A program made the position numbers and the translations under genes. DNA of 64,000 nt from a virus: positions 32,001-96,000 of the IMG/VR virus record IMGVR_UViG_3300034082_004296; one strand, 5' to 3'. This document shows, in pieces, positions 56,077-64,000 of the stretch (its first letter is position 1; every line of letters begins with the position of its first letter). The notes under the pieces were generated by a model. The model saw only the letters and a program-made list of their open reading frames with translations, searched no databases and had not been told where the DNA came from.

Positions 56077-56544
56077 TTAATAGCCTCTTTTCTGTCTGTC
56101 ACGATTTTCTGCGTTCTTTGCCATGTACATGTTGTACATTTCCTGCGGAGTCATGCCAATTGAGATAGCATAATTCATAAAGAAGTGTAACATGTCAATG
56201 ATTTCAAACTTTGCTTCAAGCTGATCACTTTCAGTTAGATCTGAGAACTTCATAAAGCCGTACTTGCCAAAGTCCTTTTTCCAATACTTCCAAATAGCGT
56301 TTCCGCTACCGTCCTTGATTCCGCCTAGGGCGTCAGTTGCTTCATGAATTTCATCTACCATCGCATGAGTATTTGCATGCCAAAATGACATAATTTCGCG
56401 AAGAGTCATGTTGTCAAAATTCCATCCATATACGTGATTTTGAGTGTCCTTTTGGAGAGCCATGATGTCGCCTAAAGTGTCAGTACTTTTTGAATATAGA
56501 TCTTCGATCGTAAGATCGGCACAAGTATTATCGATATTTGCCAT
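56077..56544 (-). CDS. Dimeric all-alpha dUTPase/dCTPase (gp56-like)
   Basis: DEIHE, WKYWK, FEIIDMLHF, KNAENRDRQKRGY. Confidence 0.88.
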   Translation of the reverse strand: MANIDNTCADLTIEDLYSKSTDTLGDIMALQKDTQNHVYGWNFDNMTLREIMSFWHANTHAMVDEIHEATDALGGIKDGSGNAIWKYWKKDFGKYGFMKFSDLTESDQLEAKFEIIDMLHFFMNYAISIGMTPQEMYNMYMAKNAENRDRQKRGY

Positions 56545-56631
56545 TCTTATAGTATTTTGATATATTATACTATAAAACGAGCCGAGGATCTTAATTTTTC
56601 TATTTTTTTAGATTTATTGATGCTATTTAAG

Positions 56632-56638
56632 ATAAATA
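56632..56638 (+). promoter_or_regulatory. Putative late promoter ATAAATA
   Basis: 21 nt before the tail sheath ATG. The same heptamer precedes about 18 late genes. Confidence 0.7.
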
Positions 56639-56659
56639 ATTAAAAATATCTATACAGAG

Positions 56660-59600
56660 ATGGCTGAACCAAGGATAAACTTAAATAATTACAAGTCTAG
56701 TGGTGTATACACAGTTGAGATTGATGCAAGTGAGAACGTAGTCTTACCTCTTACCACCGGTCGTTTAATCGTAGGGTCAAGTAGAGTAGGTCCTTTCAAT
56801 ACAGTAGTATTGATTAACGATATTCGAACTCTAAGAGCAGTATTTGGAGAAATTGATCCAAAATTAGAAAAAGCAGGAAGCTATTTTCATAGAACAATTG
56901 AGGTTGCTCTAAGAGAAGGACCTGTTTTTGCAATGAATGTTTTACCTTTGGATACTGAGATCGCGACACCTTCACTAAACTTAGACCAGGCAGCATTTAC
57001 TACATTTAATACTGAGTCTGCTTCAAAGAATGAGGGAGTCAATCAATATCCAATGGTTGAATTCTTTAATCGCCAAAGATTATGGTTTGCGGATGCTGCA
57101 AAAGTAAACAAATCTAAAAACTTAGCTCTAGGTGATGATTATATCACTAACCCTGGAGGATTTGGTATAACAACGTCTGAATCGAATAAAGTTCTTTCTT
57201 TCGCTAACCTAGGTCAATATAACATGACAGTATGGGTTAGAAAAGCAAATGTTACTGGTTTTGATGTTACTGCTAAAGAGTGGTACGCAAGCGTAGGAGG
57301 AGGAAACGTTGAATTTCCTTCATTTGTTCACCCAGACGATTTTATTTCTGATTATTTCGTTGAAGTAATAGTGGTAAACGGTGATTGGACTAATTATTTA
57401 AAACTTTCAAAGGATCCGATCTACAAGGCATATTTTGATGAAGTAGGTCTAAAAACAGCCAATTCTGCTAACTTCTTTGCATTAAGAGAGATTACAGTTA
57501 TTAATAGAACGATTGGTTGTTTGATTCCTGATTTTAGAGATCAAAGCGGCGTGACTGTTTCAATTGATAGATTAGTAAATAGAGCATTTCCTACTACTGG
57601 ATTGATTTGTGCACTAGATGCTGAAAAATTAGATTTGATTGACTTAACTGATGATAACTTTATTGATACTGAAGTACCTACACATAGAGTAGATATCATT
57701 GGTCACGGATTTGATGAATTAGCATATTATGCAGATGATGGAGGTTTCGATAACGTATATGTTGGTGGAGTTTCTACTTTTACAAGAAATAACTTAGGTA
57801 CAGGTTATACTACTGCGACTGGCGTAGCTACGACTAGTGCGGGAGGCGGTACTGGATTAACGGTTGACATTACTGCACTTGCCGGCGCGATCACTGCGGT
57901 TACTGTAAATAACGCAGGTACTGGATATGAGGTTGGCGATACTGTCACAATCACTGGAGGTGCAATTCCGGAAGTCCTAACCATAACTGCAGTAACATAC
58001 CTTAATCCAGGAGTTGCGGCTACTCCACTGATTGATACAATCAGTTATAAAAAACCAGTAGACGCTGAGTTGATTTTTGAGATCACAAGCACTGAGACTG
58101 AGCCGAGTTTCCTACTTAATGCTGCTGCAGGTGATACATATATTATTAATGCTGCTACTGATTACTTAATTGCTGTACAAGGAAGTAAAATGTATGAAGC
58201 ATATGCCAATGGATTCTTAAAGACTGGAGATATTAGTTCAAACGGTGGACTTAACCCTAACCGATACTTAAAAGTTATTGATAACTTGACAGTAACAGTT
58301 GGACCAACTACTCTAAAATACATTAAGATTGAAGTATATGCTAACTTAGGTTTGACTACCCTAGTCAATGAAAACACATACACTGTTTCTGGTACTAATT
58401 ATCTTAAAGTGACACTAGATGATGGTGATGATTTTAAGAATACTTTTGACTTGACTGATACTAACTTTTTTGCAAGTTATTCTATCTCTCAACCAAACGT
58501 ATTAACGTTAGAATTAGATGGAGCAATTACTGTCCAAAACAAGGCACTAGTTAACAAATATATCAAAGCAAATAATTATATTAAAGCTACTGTAACTGAT
58601 GGTCGAGCTAGACTATTAAAAATAGTGTCAGTTCTTACCCCAAATCCATTAACTGCACCTGATACGATTAAGGTGACTACAATGGCACCTACTGTAGAAG
58701 AAGTAATTGGATTAGATGTTACTGGAAATGAGATTCAAGTATACTTAGGAATCCCTAACTTTGTAAGTAGTCTAAAGGGTCAGATTCTTACTGGATTTAA
58801 GTTGAGAAATGATCTTTTACCTGATGGAACTGCTGAGAGATTAGAAGGAACTGGTGGGATTTTAGATTATCTTTTCACAGATACTCTTATTCCTCAAGCA
58901 TTAGCAAACGGCGAGATGGTTGACTTTAGATATGTTGTCGATTCTTATTCTGGAACGATTTCAAGTTCTTCTAAATACCATTTGGCTAAGCTTGCTGCAC
59001 TTAATGGACAAGCTATGGCGATCCTAAATGCACCATCGATGCAGCAGTTTGAGAGATCGGTTGATCCTAGCTTCATCAATACTACAACTAGACTAGTTTC
59101 GACTGAATATATTTCACAAGGAGGTAATGCAGCATTGAATCCTAGTTTCCTATATAAGTTTGCAGAAGAGGATGTGAAAGGAGTTCCTTTGTCTTCTTAC
59201 GCATCTTATCACTTTCCTAACTTAATAGTAAGAAGCGGAAGCAAGAATGTTTCAGTTCCACAAGCTGGATATATTTCTAACTTATATGTTAGAAAATTCA
59301 AGAACGGTACTCCATTCTTAATTGTAGCTGGTGGAAAACGAGGAGCATTGAACGATCCAGAAATAGTAGGATTAGAATATGACCTTACTGATGAGGATAG
59401 AGATTTCTTAGAGCCAGTAGGATTTAACTTAACTGTTAAACGTAGAGGATTTGGAATTATTTTATTCTCTAATAACACTGCATACCAAAGAATTAATTCG
59501 GCTCTTAATAATGCTCACGTTAGAGATAACTTATCTACTATTGAGAGAGATATCGAAAAGATCTTATTTAACTTCTTATTTGATTTCAATGACGAGATCA

Positions 59601-59851
59601 CAAGATTGAGAGTAAGAACGATTGTTGAAAATTATTTGAACGCAGTAGTTAATGCACAAGGACTTTCTACATATGAAGTAATCTTTGATACTTCAAATAA
59701 TACAAACGAGGTAATTTCTGCAAATGCGGCAATTATTGATATCCGAGTAGATTTCCCAAGAGGAATCCAAAAGTTCATCAACCGAATCACTATTACAAGA
59801 GTCGGAGGAACATTAAGTTCGGATTCAACTGGATTTATTCCAAGCTTCTAA
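56660..59851 (+). CDS. Contractile tail sheath protein (gp18-like) with inserted domains
   Basis: SSGVYTVEID, GPFNT, C-terminal AGGKRG, SALNNAHVR, FDFNDEITR, DTSNNT.EVI. Confidence 0.93.
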   Translation: MAEPRINLNNYKSSGVYTVEIDASENVVLPLTTGRLIVGSSRVGPFNTVVLINDIRTLRAVFGEIDPKLEKAGSYFHRTIEVALREGPVFAMNVLPLDTEIATPSLNLDQAAFTTFNTESASKNEGVNQYPMVEFFNRQRLWFADAAKVNKSKNLALGDDYITNPGGFGITTSESNKVLSFANLGQYNMTVWVRKANVTGFDVTAKEWYASVGGGNVEFPSFVHPDDFISDYFVEVIVVNGDWTNYLKLSKDPIYKAYFDEVGLKTANSANFFALREITVINRTIGCLIPDFRDQSGVTVSIDRLVNRAFPTTGLICALDAEKLDLIDLTDDNFIDTEVPTHRVDIIGHGFDELAYYADDGGFDNVYVGGVSTFTRNNLGTGYTTATGVATTSAGGGTGLTVDITALAGAITAVTVNNAGTGYEVGDTVTITGGAIPEVLTITAVTYLNPGVAATPLIDTISYKKPVDAELIFEITSTETEPSFLLNAAAGDTYIINAATDYLIAVQGSKMYEAYANGFLKTGDISSNGGLNPNRYLKVIDNLTVTVGPTTLKYIKIEVYANLGLTTLVNENTYTVSGTNYLKVTLDDGDDFKNTFDLTDTNFFASYSISQPNVLTLELDGAITVQNKALVNKYIKANNYIKATVTDGRARLLKIVSVLTPNPLTAPDTIKVTTMAPTVEEVIGLDVTGNEIQVYLGIPNFVSSLKGQILTGFKLRNDLLPDGTAERLEGTGGILDYLFTDTLIPQALANGEMVDFRYVVDSYSGTISSSSKYHLAKLAALNGQAMAILNAPSMQQFERSVDPSFINTTTRLVSTEYISQGGNAALNPSFLYKFAEEDVKGVPLSSYASYHFPNLIVRSGSKNVSVPQAGYISNLYVRKFKNGTPFLIVAGGKRGALNDPEIVGLEYDLTDEDRDFLEPVGFNLTVKRRGFGIILFSNNTAYQRINSALNNAHVRDNLSTIERDIEKILFNFLFDFNDEITRLRVRTIVENYLNAVVNAQGLSTYEVIFDTSNNTNEVISANAAIIDIRVDFPRGIQKFINRITITRVGGTLSSDSTGFIPSF

Positions 59852-59870
59852 TTAGATTTAGATATATTAG

Positions 59871-59896
59871 AAAGGAGGCGACTAGCCTCCTTTTTT
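59871..59896 (+). terminator. Intrinsic terminator
   Basis: AAAGGAGGC-loop-GCCTCCTTTTTT. Confidence 0.85.
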
Positions 59897-59925
59897 ATTT
59901 TAGATAAATAAGAATAAAGATTATT

Positions 59926-60393
59926 ATGAAATTAAGCGAACACTTATCATTGGCTGAAGTAACTCGAAGTGAGACTGCAAAGAGGAGAGGAATTTCCAAT
60001 ATGCCTACTGAAGCACATATTACAAATTTTAAGTTACTTGCAGAAAAGGTTTTTGAGCCGATTAGAAAACATTTTGGAAAACCGATTCACATTTCTTCTG
60101 GTTATAGATCAGAGGCTTTAAATAAAGCAATTGGCGGATCATTGACTTCTCAACATTGTAGCGGAGAGGCAATTGATATTGACATGGATGGGGGTGCAAA
60201 TGGCATCACAAATAAAATGGTTTTTGACTATATTAAGGATAATCTTCAATTTGACCAATTGATTTGGGAATTCGGGACAGATTCTGCTCCAGATTGGGTA
60301 CACGTTTCTTATGAATCTACTGGAAAACAACGTAAGCAGATTCTAAAAGCTATTAAAAAAGGAGGAGCGACTAGCTACATACCTTACAAATAA
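59926..60393 (+). CDS. Peptidase M15 family endolysin
   Basis: SSGYRS..LN..IGGS..SQH..GEAIDI, WVHVS; ATAAATA 59904-59910. Confidence 0.88.
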   Translation: MKLSEHLSLAEVTRSETAKRRGISNMPTEAHITNFKLLAEKVFEPIRKHFGKPIHISSGYRSEALNKAIGGSLTSQHCSGEAIDIDMDGGANGITNKMVFDYIKDNLQFDQLIWEFGTDSAPDWVHVSYESTGKQRKQILKAIKKGGATSYIPYK

Positions 60394-60421
60394 AAAAGAG
60401 GAGCTAACTGCTCCTCTTTTT
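60392..60421. terminator. Bidirectional intrinsic terminator
   Basis: AAAAAAGAGGAGC-loop-GCTCCTCTTTTT. Confidence 0.85.
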
Positions 60422-60423
60422 AT

Positions 60424-60723
60424 CTATTCAAATTCTTCTAGAGAGATATCGTTAGGGTCATCTAAGATTGCGATAATCTCATTTGCCATTATGACATAGT
60501 GTTTTTCTCCTTTGTATGTTAGCTCTAATCCAGCATAACGATTAAAAAGGATTTGATCTCCAGGCTTAACCACCATCTCGTTGTGTTTAGTACCGTCTCC
60601 AGTATTAACAACAATTCCGATATTTGGTTTTTTGACTGCTTTTTCAGGAAGCATAATTCCTTGACTCGTGCGAGTCTCCTTTTGTTTAGGTTTAACTAAT
60701 ACTCTTTCGTATAGAGGTTTCAT
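60424..60723 (-). CDS. groES: Co-chaperonin GroES
   Basis: MKPLYERVLVK..E.RT.QGI.LP..A, VKPGDQILF..YAG, EIIA. Confidence 0.93.
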   Translation of the reverse strand: MKPLYERVLVKPKQKETRTSQGIMLPEKAVKKPNIGIVVNTGDGTKHNEMVVKPGDQILFNRYAGLELTYKGEKHYVIMANEIIAILDDPNDISLEEFE

Positions 60724-61859
60724 AATGATGATAGGTTATTTTTTAAGTTAGTGAATTCCCTAAAATTAAAGCGCGTGATAGAGTAGTCATTAAAGAAATC
60801 TACTAGAGATTCTCTGATCTCATCTGGAAAAACTTTAATAGAAAGACGAGTTAACCTAATGTTAAATAATAGGTGTTCTCTGATCTCATCTATTTTATCC
60901 TGATCCTTAATCTTATTGATTGTTTGTATCTCCTCGACCACTCCAGAAATGACTGACTCATTTAGCTCATCTAGTAGAGATATAAAGCTTTCTCCAAACT
61001 TATTATACACTGCAGCAATTACTTTTTTGGCTTTTGCTGGAGACACGCTAGTTATTTTTGGGATATTATCAGACTTATCACCTAATAATATCTTACTTAG
61101 GACGTCCTCGACAAGATCTACTTTATACTCAACATAGTCTTTGCTTGCTAAATTTGAGATGGTCTTTTCTATGGTTGCTCCAGTAATGTGCACATCGCTT
61201 AAGGAAAAGAAGTTATCTATCTCCTCATTCGCTGCAGTAGGAACAAGCTGAGTGGGAACAAATAGCCTCTTGGTTTTGGCCATTTGTTTAGGTGTGATAA
61301 GTAGCACGTTTTTGTTCGGTGTACCCGTCAACTGTTTTAGATCCTGATCTACTGAGTATATCAGGATATCGTCGCTAATTATGTCACACAGATATGCAAT
61401 GATGTCATCACCTTCAGTACCTTTAAATTTATATTGATTTATTCCAGCACGATCAACCAATTGAGGCATTAGTATGTGCTGAAAATAATCAAAGAAAAGA
61501 TACTGATGATCGTCATATTTACGGTTTCCCTTATACTTAAATTCAGTAGGCGCAGAAGAAGTCTTGAAGTCAGAGTTTTTGAAAAACTCATTCGTATATT
61601 CTTTTCTCCAACTTGTTGAATCAAACACGATATGCACCCTTTCTGGGTGAGAGGAAATCGGTGTGATTAGGGAATTTAAGTAGGTAAAACAGAAATTTCT
61701 AAAGGTTACTCTTACGTGGTCCTTTAGCATGAATCCATCATCATTAAATAGATCATTAACATAGTATGCGTCACCAGTTCTCTTGTCTTTTGCTGACAAT
61801 GACTTGGTGACGCTTATTGCGACATTAATAAAGGCGTTCCCGTCTATGATTAAGTCCAT
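60720..61859 (-). CDS. T4 RNase H-like 5'-3' exonuclease (FEN/PIN fold)
   Basis: IIDGN, VFDS..WRK, YKGNR, EGDDIIA, SVDQDLKQL, GDKSDNIP. Confidence 0.92.
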   Translation of the reverse strand: MDLIIDGNAFINVAISVTKSLSAKDKRTGDAYYVNDLFNDDGFMLKDHVRVTFRNFCFTYLNSLITPISSHPERVHIVFDSTSWRKEYTNEFFKNSDFKTSSAPTEFKYKGNRKYDDHQYLFFDYFQHILMPQLVDRAGINQYKFKGTEGDDIIAYLCDIISDDILIYSVDQDLKQLTGTPNKNVLLITPKQMAKTKRLFVPTQLVPTAANEEIDNFFSLSDVHITGATIEKTISNLASKDYVEYKVDLVEDVLSKILLGDKSDNIPKITSVSPAKAKKVIAAVYNKFGESFISLLDELNESVISGVVEEIQTINKIKDQDKIDEIREHLLFNIRLTRLSIKVFPDEIRESLVDFFNDYSITRFNFREFTNLKNNLSSL

Positions 61860-61868
61860 GTTAACTTT

Positions 61869-62156
61869 TTAATTTTTATCTTGTGATTCGTTTTTCTCGC
61901 TAGTCTTACGGATTGCTCGAATGGCTGCAGAAAGAGTCTCAGATTCTAATAAATTAAATCCTCCTTTTGCTTGTGAGTAATTAGCAGATGCGATTAGGAC
62001 AAATAGCGCTTGACTGATATTCATTGTGCTGATAAAATCTTCATAAGCATTATCGTCAGCATAGGTAATTGTTCCAAATAGGATGTTTTGAGTAGCCTCA
62101 GTCGTTTGAGTTTTCTCTTTTTCAAGAGTTACTTGTGATTCTTTATTTTCTTCCAT
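61869..62156 (-). CDS. Hypothetical protein
   Basis: 95-aa ORF in the operon. Confidence 0.7.
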   Translation of the reverse strand: MEENKESQVTLEKEKTQTTEATQNILFGTITYADDNAYEDFISTMNISQALFVLIASANYSQAKGGFNLLESETLSAAIRAIRKTSEKNESQDKN

Positions 62157-62170
62157 GGTAATAGGTTATT

Positions 62171-63202
62171 TTAAAGATTTGAGAATAGAGAATCATATTC
62201 ATCGTCAGAGTCAGTCGAAGAAACGGATTCAGATTCGATTGCTGTTTCTAAATCAAGTGAAGCAGGTTTAGCTGGAGTACTTGAAAACTCTAGATCATCA
62301 TTAACACTGGCTTTAGGGGCGTTTGATTTTCCAGGTTTCATTTTAGAACGAATTAATTCATTCATTTTAGTATCCTTACTTCTTTCAAGAATCATCTCCA
62401 ATACTTCTCTTTGAGGAACTGCTGCAATAATAGCTTCCGCTACTTTAGTGAAAGTTTCTTCTGTCCAATCTTGGTGAAAATATTCATCCATTTTTGGAGT
62501 ATTTTTTGTCATGAACTCGGTTACAAGCTTAACTGATTTTTCATCATTTTTAACCTGTACTTGAGTATCACCGATTTTAAATACTAGTGGAGTAACTTCA
62601 TCCATGAATTTACACTTAGACCAATCTCTAAAATCTTTGGTTTTTTTACCAACAACACAAAGAAGATCTTTTCCTTCAAGTAGGTGATAAGGATTTACTT
62701 TTTTACTAGTTGAAAATCCATCAAGCTCTTCAGGATTTACTAATTGGTCAATAAGCATTCCAATTTGATTTCTAAACTTGAAGATTTTAATAGTTCCTTC
62801 AAGATCAGGTCTTTGTGGATCTTTCTTGATGTAAACAGCTGAGTGATTAGTACTCCATCGTGAGAAGTTTCTACCAATTTCTTCAGCGATTTCAGGTTCC
62901 TCTTTTTTCAAAGATCTTAGAACTGATTCCATTGTCCAAAGGATTGAAGGTTTTTCAACATTCGATGGACAGTCAATAATTAAGGATTCCTTAGTTAAAG
63001 GATTCCAAAATTTAGCAGTGTACTTTGTGTACTTGCTTTTTGTTTTGTCAAACACATACGGAATAAATCGGAAAACTGACTTATACGAACCGTTGTGCGC
63101 ATTTGGATCCGGATCATACACGTTCGGATCTACTTTTTTACTGCCACCAGCCTGAGGTTTCTTTGTGAATCCGTCTTCTGGTAAATCAAAAAAATCTGTC
63201 AT
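62171..63202 (-). CDS. Single-stranded DNA-binding protein (gp32-like)
   Basis: SVFRFIP, YIKKDP..P..EG.IKIFKF, NPYHLLEGKD, acidic tail DDEYDSLFSNL; start revised to MTDFFDL. Confidence 0.88.
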   Translation of the reverse strand: MTDFFDLPEDGFTKKPQAGGSKKVDPNVYDPDPNAHNGSYKSVFRFIPYVFDKTKSKYTKYTAKFWNPLTKESLIIDCPSNVEKPSILWTMESVLRSLKKEEPEIAEEIGRNFSRWSTNHSAVYIKKDPQRPDLEGTIKIFKFRNQIGMLIDQLVNPEELDGFSTSKKVNPYHLLEGKDLLCVVGKKTKDFRDWSKCKFMDEVTPLVFKIGDTQVQVKNDEKSVKLVTEFMTKNTPKMDEYFHQDWTEETFTKVAEAIIAAVPQREVLEMILERSKDTKMNELIRSKMKPGKSNAPKASVNDDLEFSSTPAKPASLDLETAIESESVSSTDSDDEYDSLFSNL

Positions 63203-63263
63203 AATTTTTGTTGTTATTTTTATATTCTTGTACTGGTAATCCGATAAAAGTTTTAAAAAAAAC

Positions 63264-63290
63264 AAAAAATGCCTCAAAAAGAGGCATTTT
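63264..63290 (-). terminator. Intrinsic terminator
   Basis: AAAATGCCTC-loop-GAGGCATTTT. Confidence 0.8.
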
Positions 63291-63311
63291 CCGGTTTATA
63301 GGTTTAGGAGT

Positions 63312-63581
63312 TTACTTAGCTGAAATCTCGTCAGTTAGAACTTGGCGAAGGTTTTTTGCTCCTTCTTGAATCTTAGTCATTTCAGCTTTAACCATTGGAT
63401 GCTTGATTGCTTTTCTAATCTCTTGCATTTTCTTTTTAAGTCTGTTTCCAGCGCTTTTTACGCCTTTTCCATAATACTTATCAGCATCGTCTTCTGCTGA
63501 AGATACAAGAGAAACAATCGGTTCGAATATTGCAGCCTGTGCTGATGCAATTTCCGCTTTTAATTTTTCAAAATCGTTCAT
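63312..63581 (-). CDS. Histone H1-like (Bacteroidota Hc1-type) small basic protein
   Basis: DADKYYGKGVKSAGNRLKKKMQEIRK resembles the recalled pattern DA.....GNKAAG.RARK. Confidence 0.6.
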   Translation of the reverse strand: MNDFEKLKAEIASAQAAIFEPIVSLVSSAEDDADKYYGKGVKSAGNRLKKKMQEIRKAIKHPMVKAEMTKIQEGAKNLRQVLTDEISAK

Positions 63582-63600
63582 ATTTAATACTTTTTATAGT

Positions 63601-63628
63601 ATTATACTAGATATTGAGTATTGGTTTT
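63601..63628 (-). promoter_or_regulatory. Putative early/middle promoter (AAAACC-N16-TATAAT)
   Basis: Best-matching instance of the recurring motif. Confidence 0.65.
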
Positions 63629-64000
63629 TATATTGAATTAACTATATGATCTACTTTGCTTGAGAAAGTAGCGTCTGGATATAGTTCTAGAGCTCGAGTA
63701 ACCCATACTTCCATGACATGATCGTATTCTGACTCACTCATGTAATTAGATTCAATAAAAGGCAGGAGATAATCGTCAAAAACTTGATCGATTGGACAGT
63801 TTTGCTCCTTTGAGCTATAGTACATTCCTTCAATCATTGATTCTATCTCGTCCATCAATAGAAAGTAACGATAACTCTTTTTAGCTCCTTCCCTTTTGTG
63901 TTTACTGCTAACCTGAGAATTAAAAGGCGAGCGGTTCATTCCTAACTGATCTAGGTGATTTGTTTCGTGTGATAAAATATCAATTAGTCGATAGTGTAAT
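63628..64000 (-). CDS. HExxH zincin-like protein, 5' end outside the window
   Basis: The frame stays open to the edge: LHYRLIDILSHETNHLDQLGMNR...DEIES. Confidence 0.6.
   Translation of the reverse strand, partial: LHYRLIDILSHETNHLDQLGMNRSPFNSQVSSKHKREGAKKSYRYFLLMDEIESMIEGMYYSSKEQNCPIDQVFDDYLLPFIESNYMSESEYDHVMEVWVTRALELYPDATFSSKVDHIVNSI

Noticed and set aside
2322-61137. Many short ORFs in the track that lie antisense to or inside long genes (e.g. 4977+, 5190+, 16665-, 20108-, 30507+, 32982+, 59209-)
   Set aside because: They are shadow frames of well-supported genes, with no motifs, promoters or initiation context.
1-64000. Alternative genetic code (stop-codon reassignment seen in some Bacteroidota phages)
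   Set aside because: Long genes are intact in code 11, and TAA, TAG and TGA all end genes at sensible boundaries.

Overview
A 64-kb, AT-rich, densely coding segment of a large T4-like myophage (Tevenvirinae-related, probably jumbo) read in the standard genetic code. The host is probably Bacteroidota: starts are A-rich without Shine-Dalgarno motifs, two signal peptides have Gln at +1, and there is an Hc1-like gene. Virion genes lie mostly on the + strand behind ATAAATA late-promoter boxes (baseplate, prohead protease-scaffold, major capsid, tail tube, tail sheath, putative internal head proteins, M15 endolysin). Replication, recombination and nucleotide genes lie mostly on the - strand behind an AAAC(T/C)-N16/17-TAnAAn motif (primase, UvsW/Y/X, topoisomerase II, DinG-like helicase, gp46/47, gp41, gp32, RNase H, dCMP deaminase, TS-family enzyme, dUTPase/dCTPase). 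Main points: (1) a family-B DNA polymerase split into two genes about 52 kb apart; (2) a duplicated convergent pair of a head-targeted OmpA-like protein and a secreted CAP-domain protein; (3) a DIP1984-like coiled-coil gene followed by a ~190-nt highly paired RNA with heptamer repeats; (4) a metazoan NEIL1-like glycosylase; (5) a TS-fold enzyme with the dCMP-specific Asp, suggesting modified cytosine; (6) a probable nested scaffold gene whose 14-aa repeat matches a leader motif on about 10 late proteins. All calls come from reading motifs by eye; no searches were run. No tRNA, CRISPR array, intron or intein was seen.
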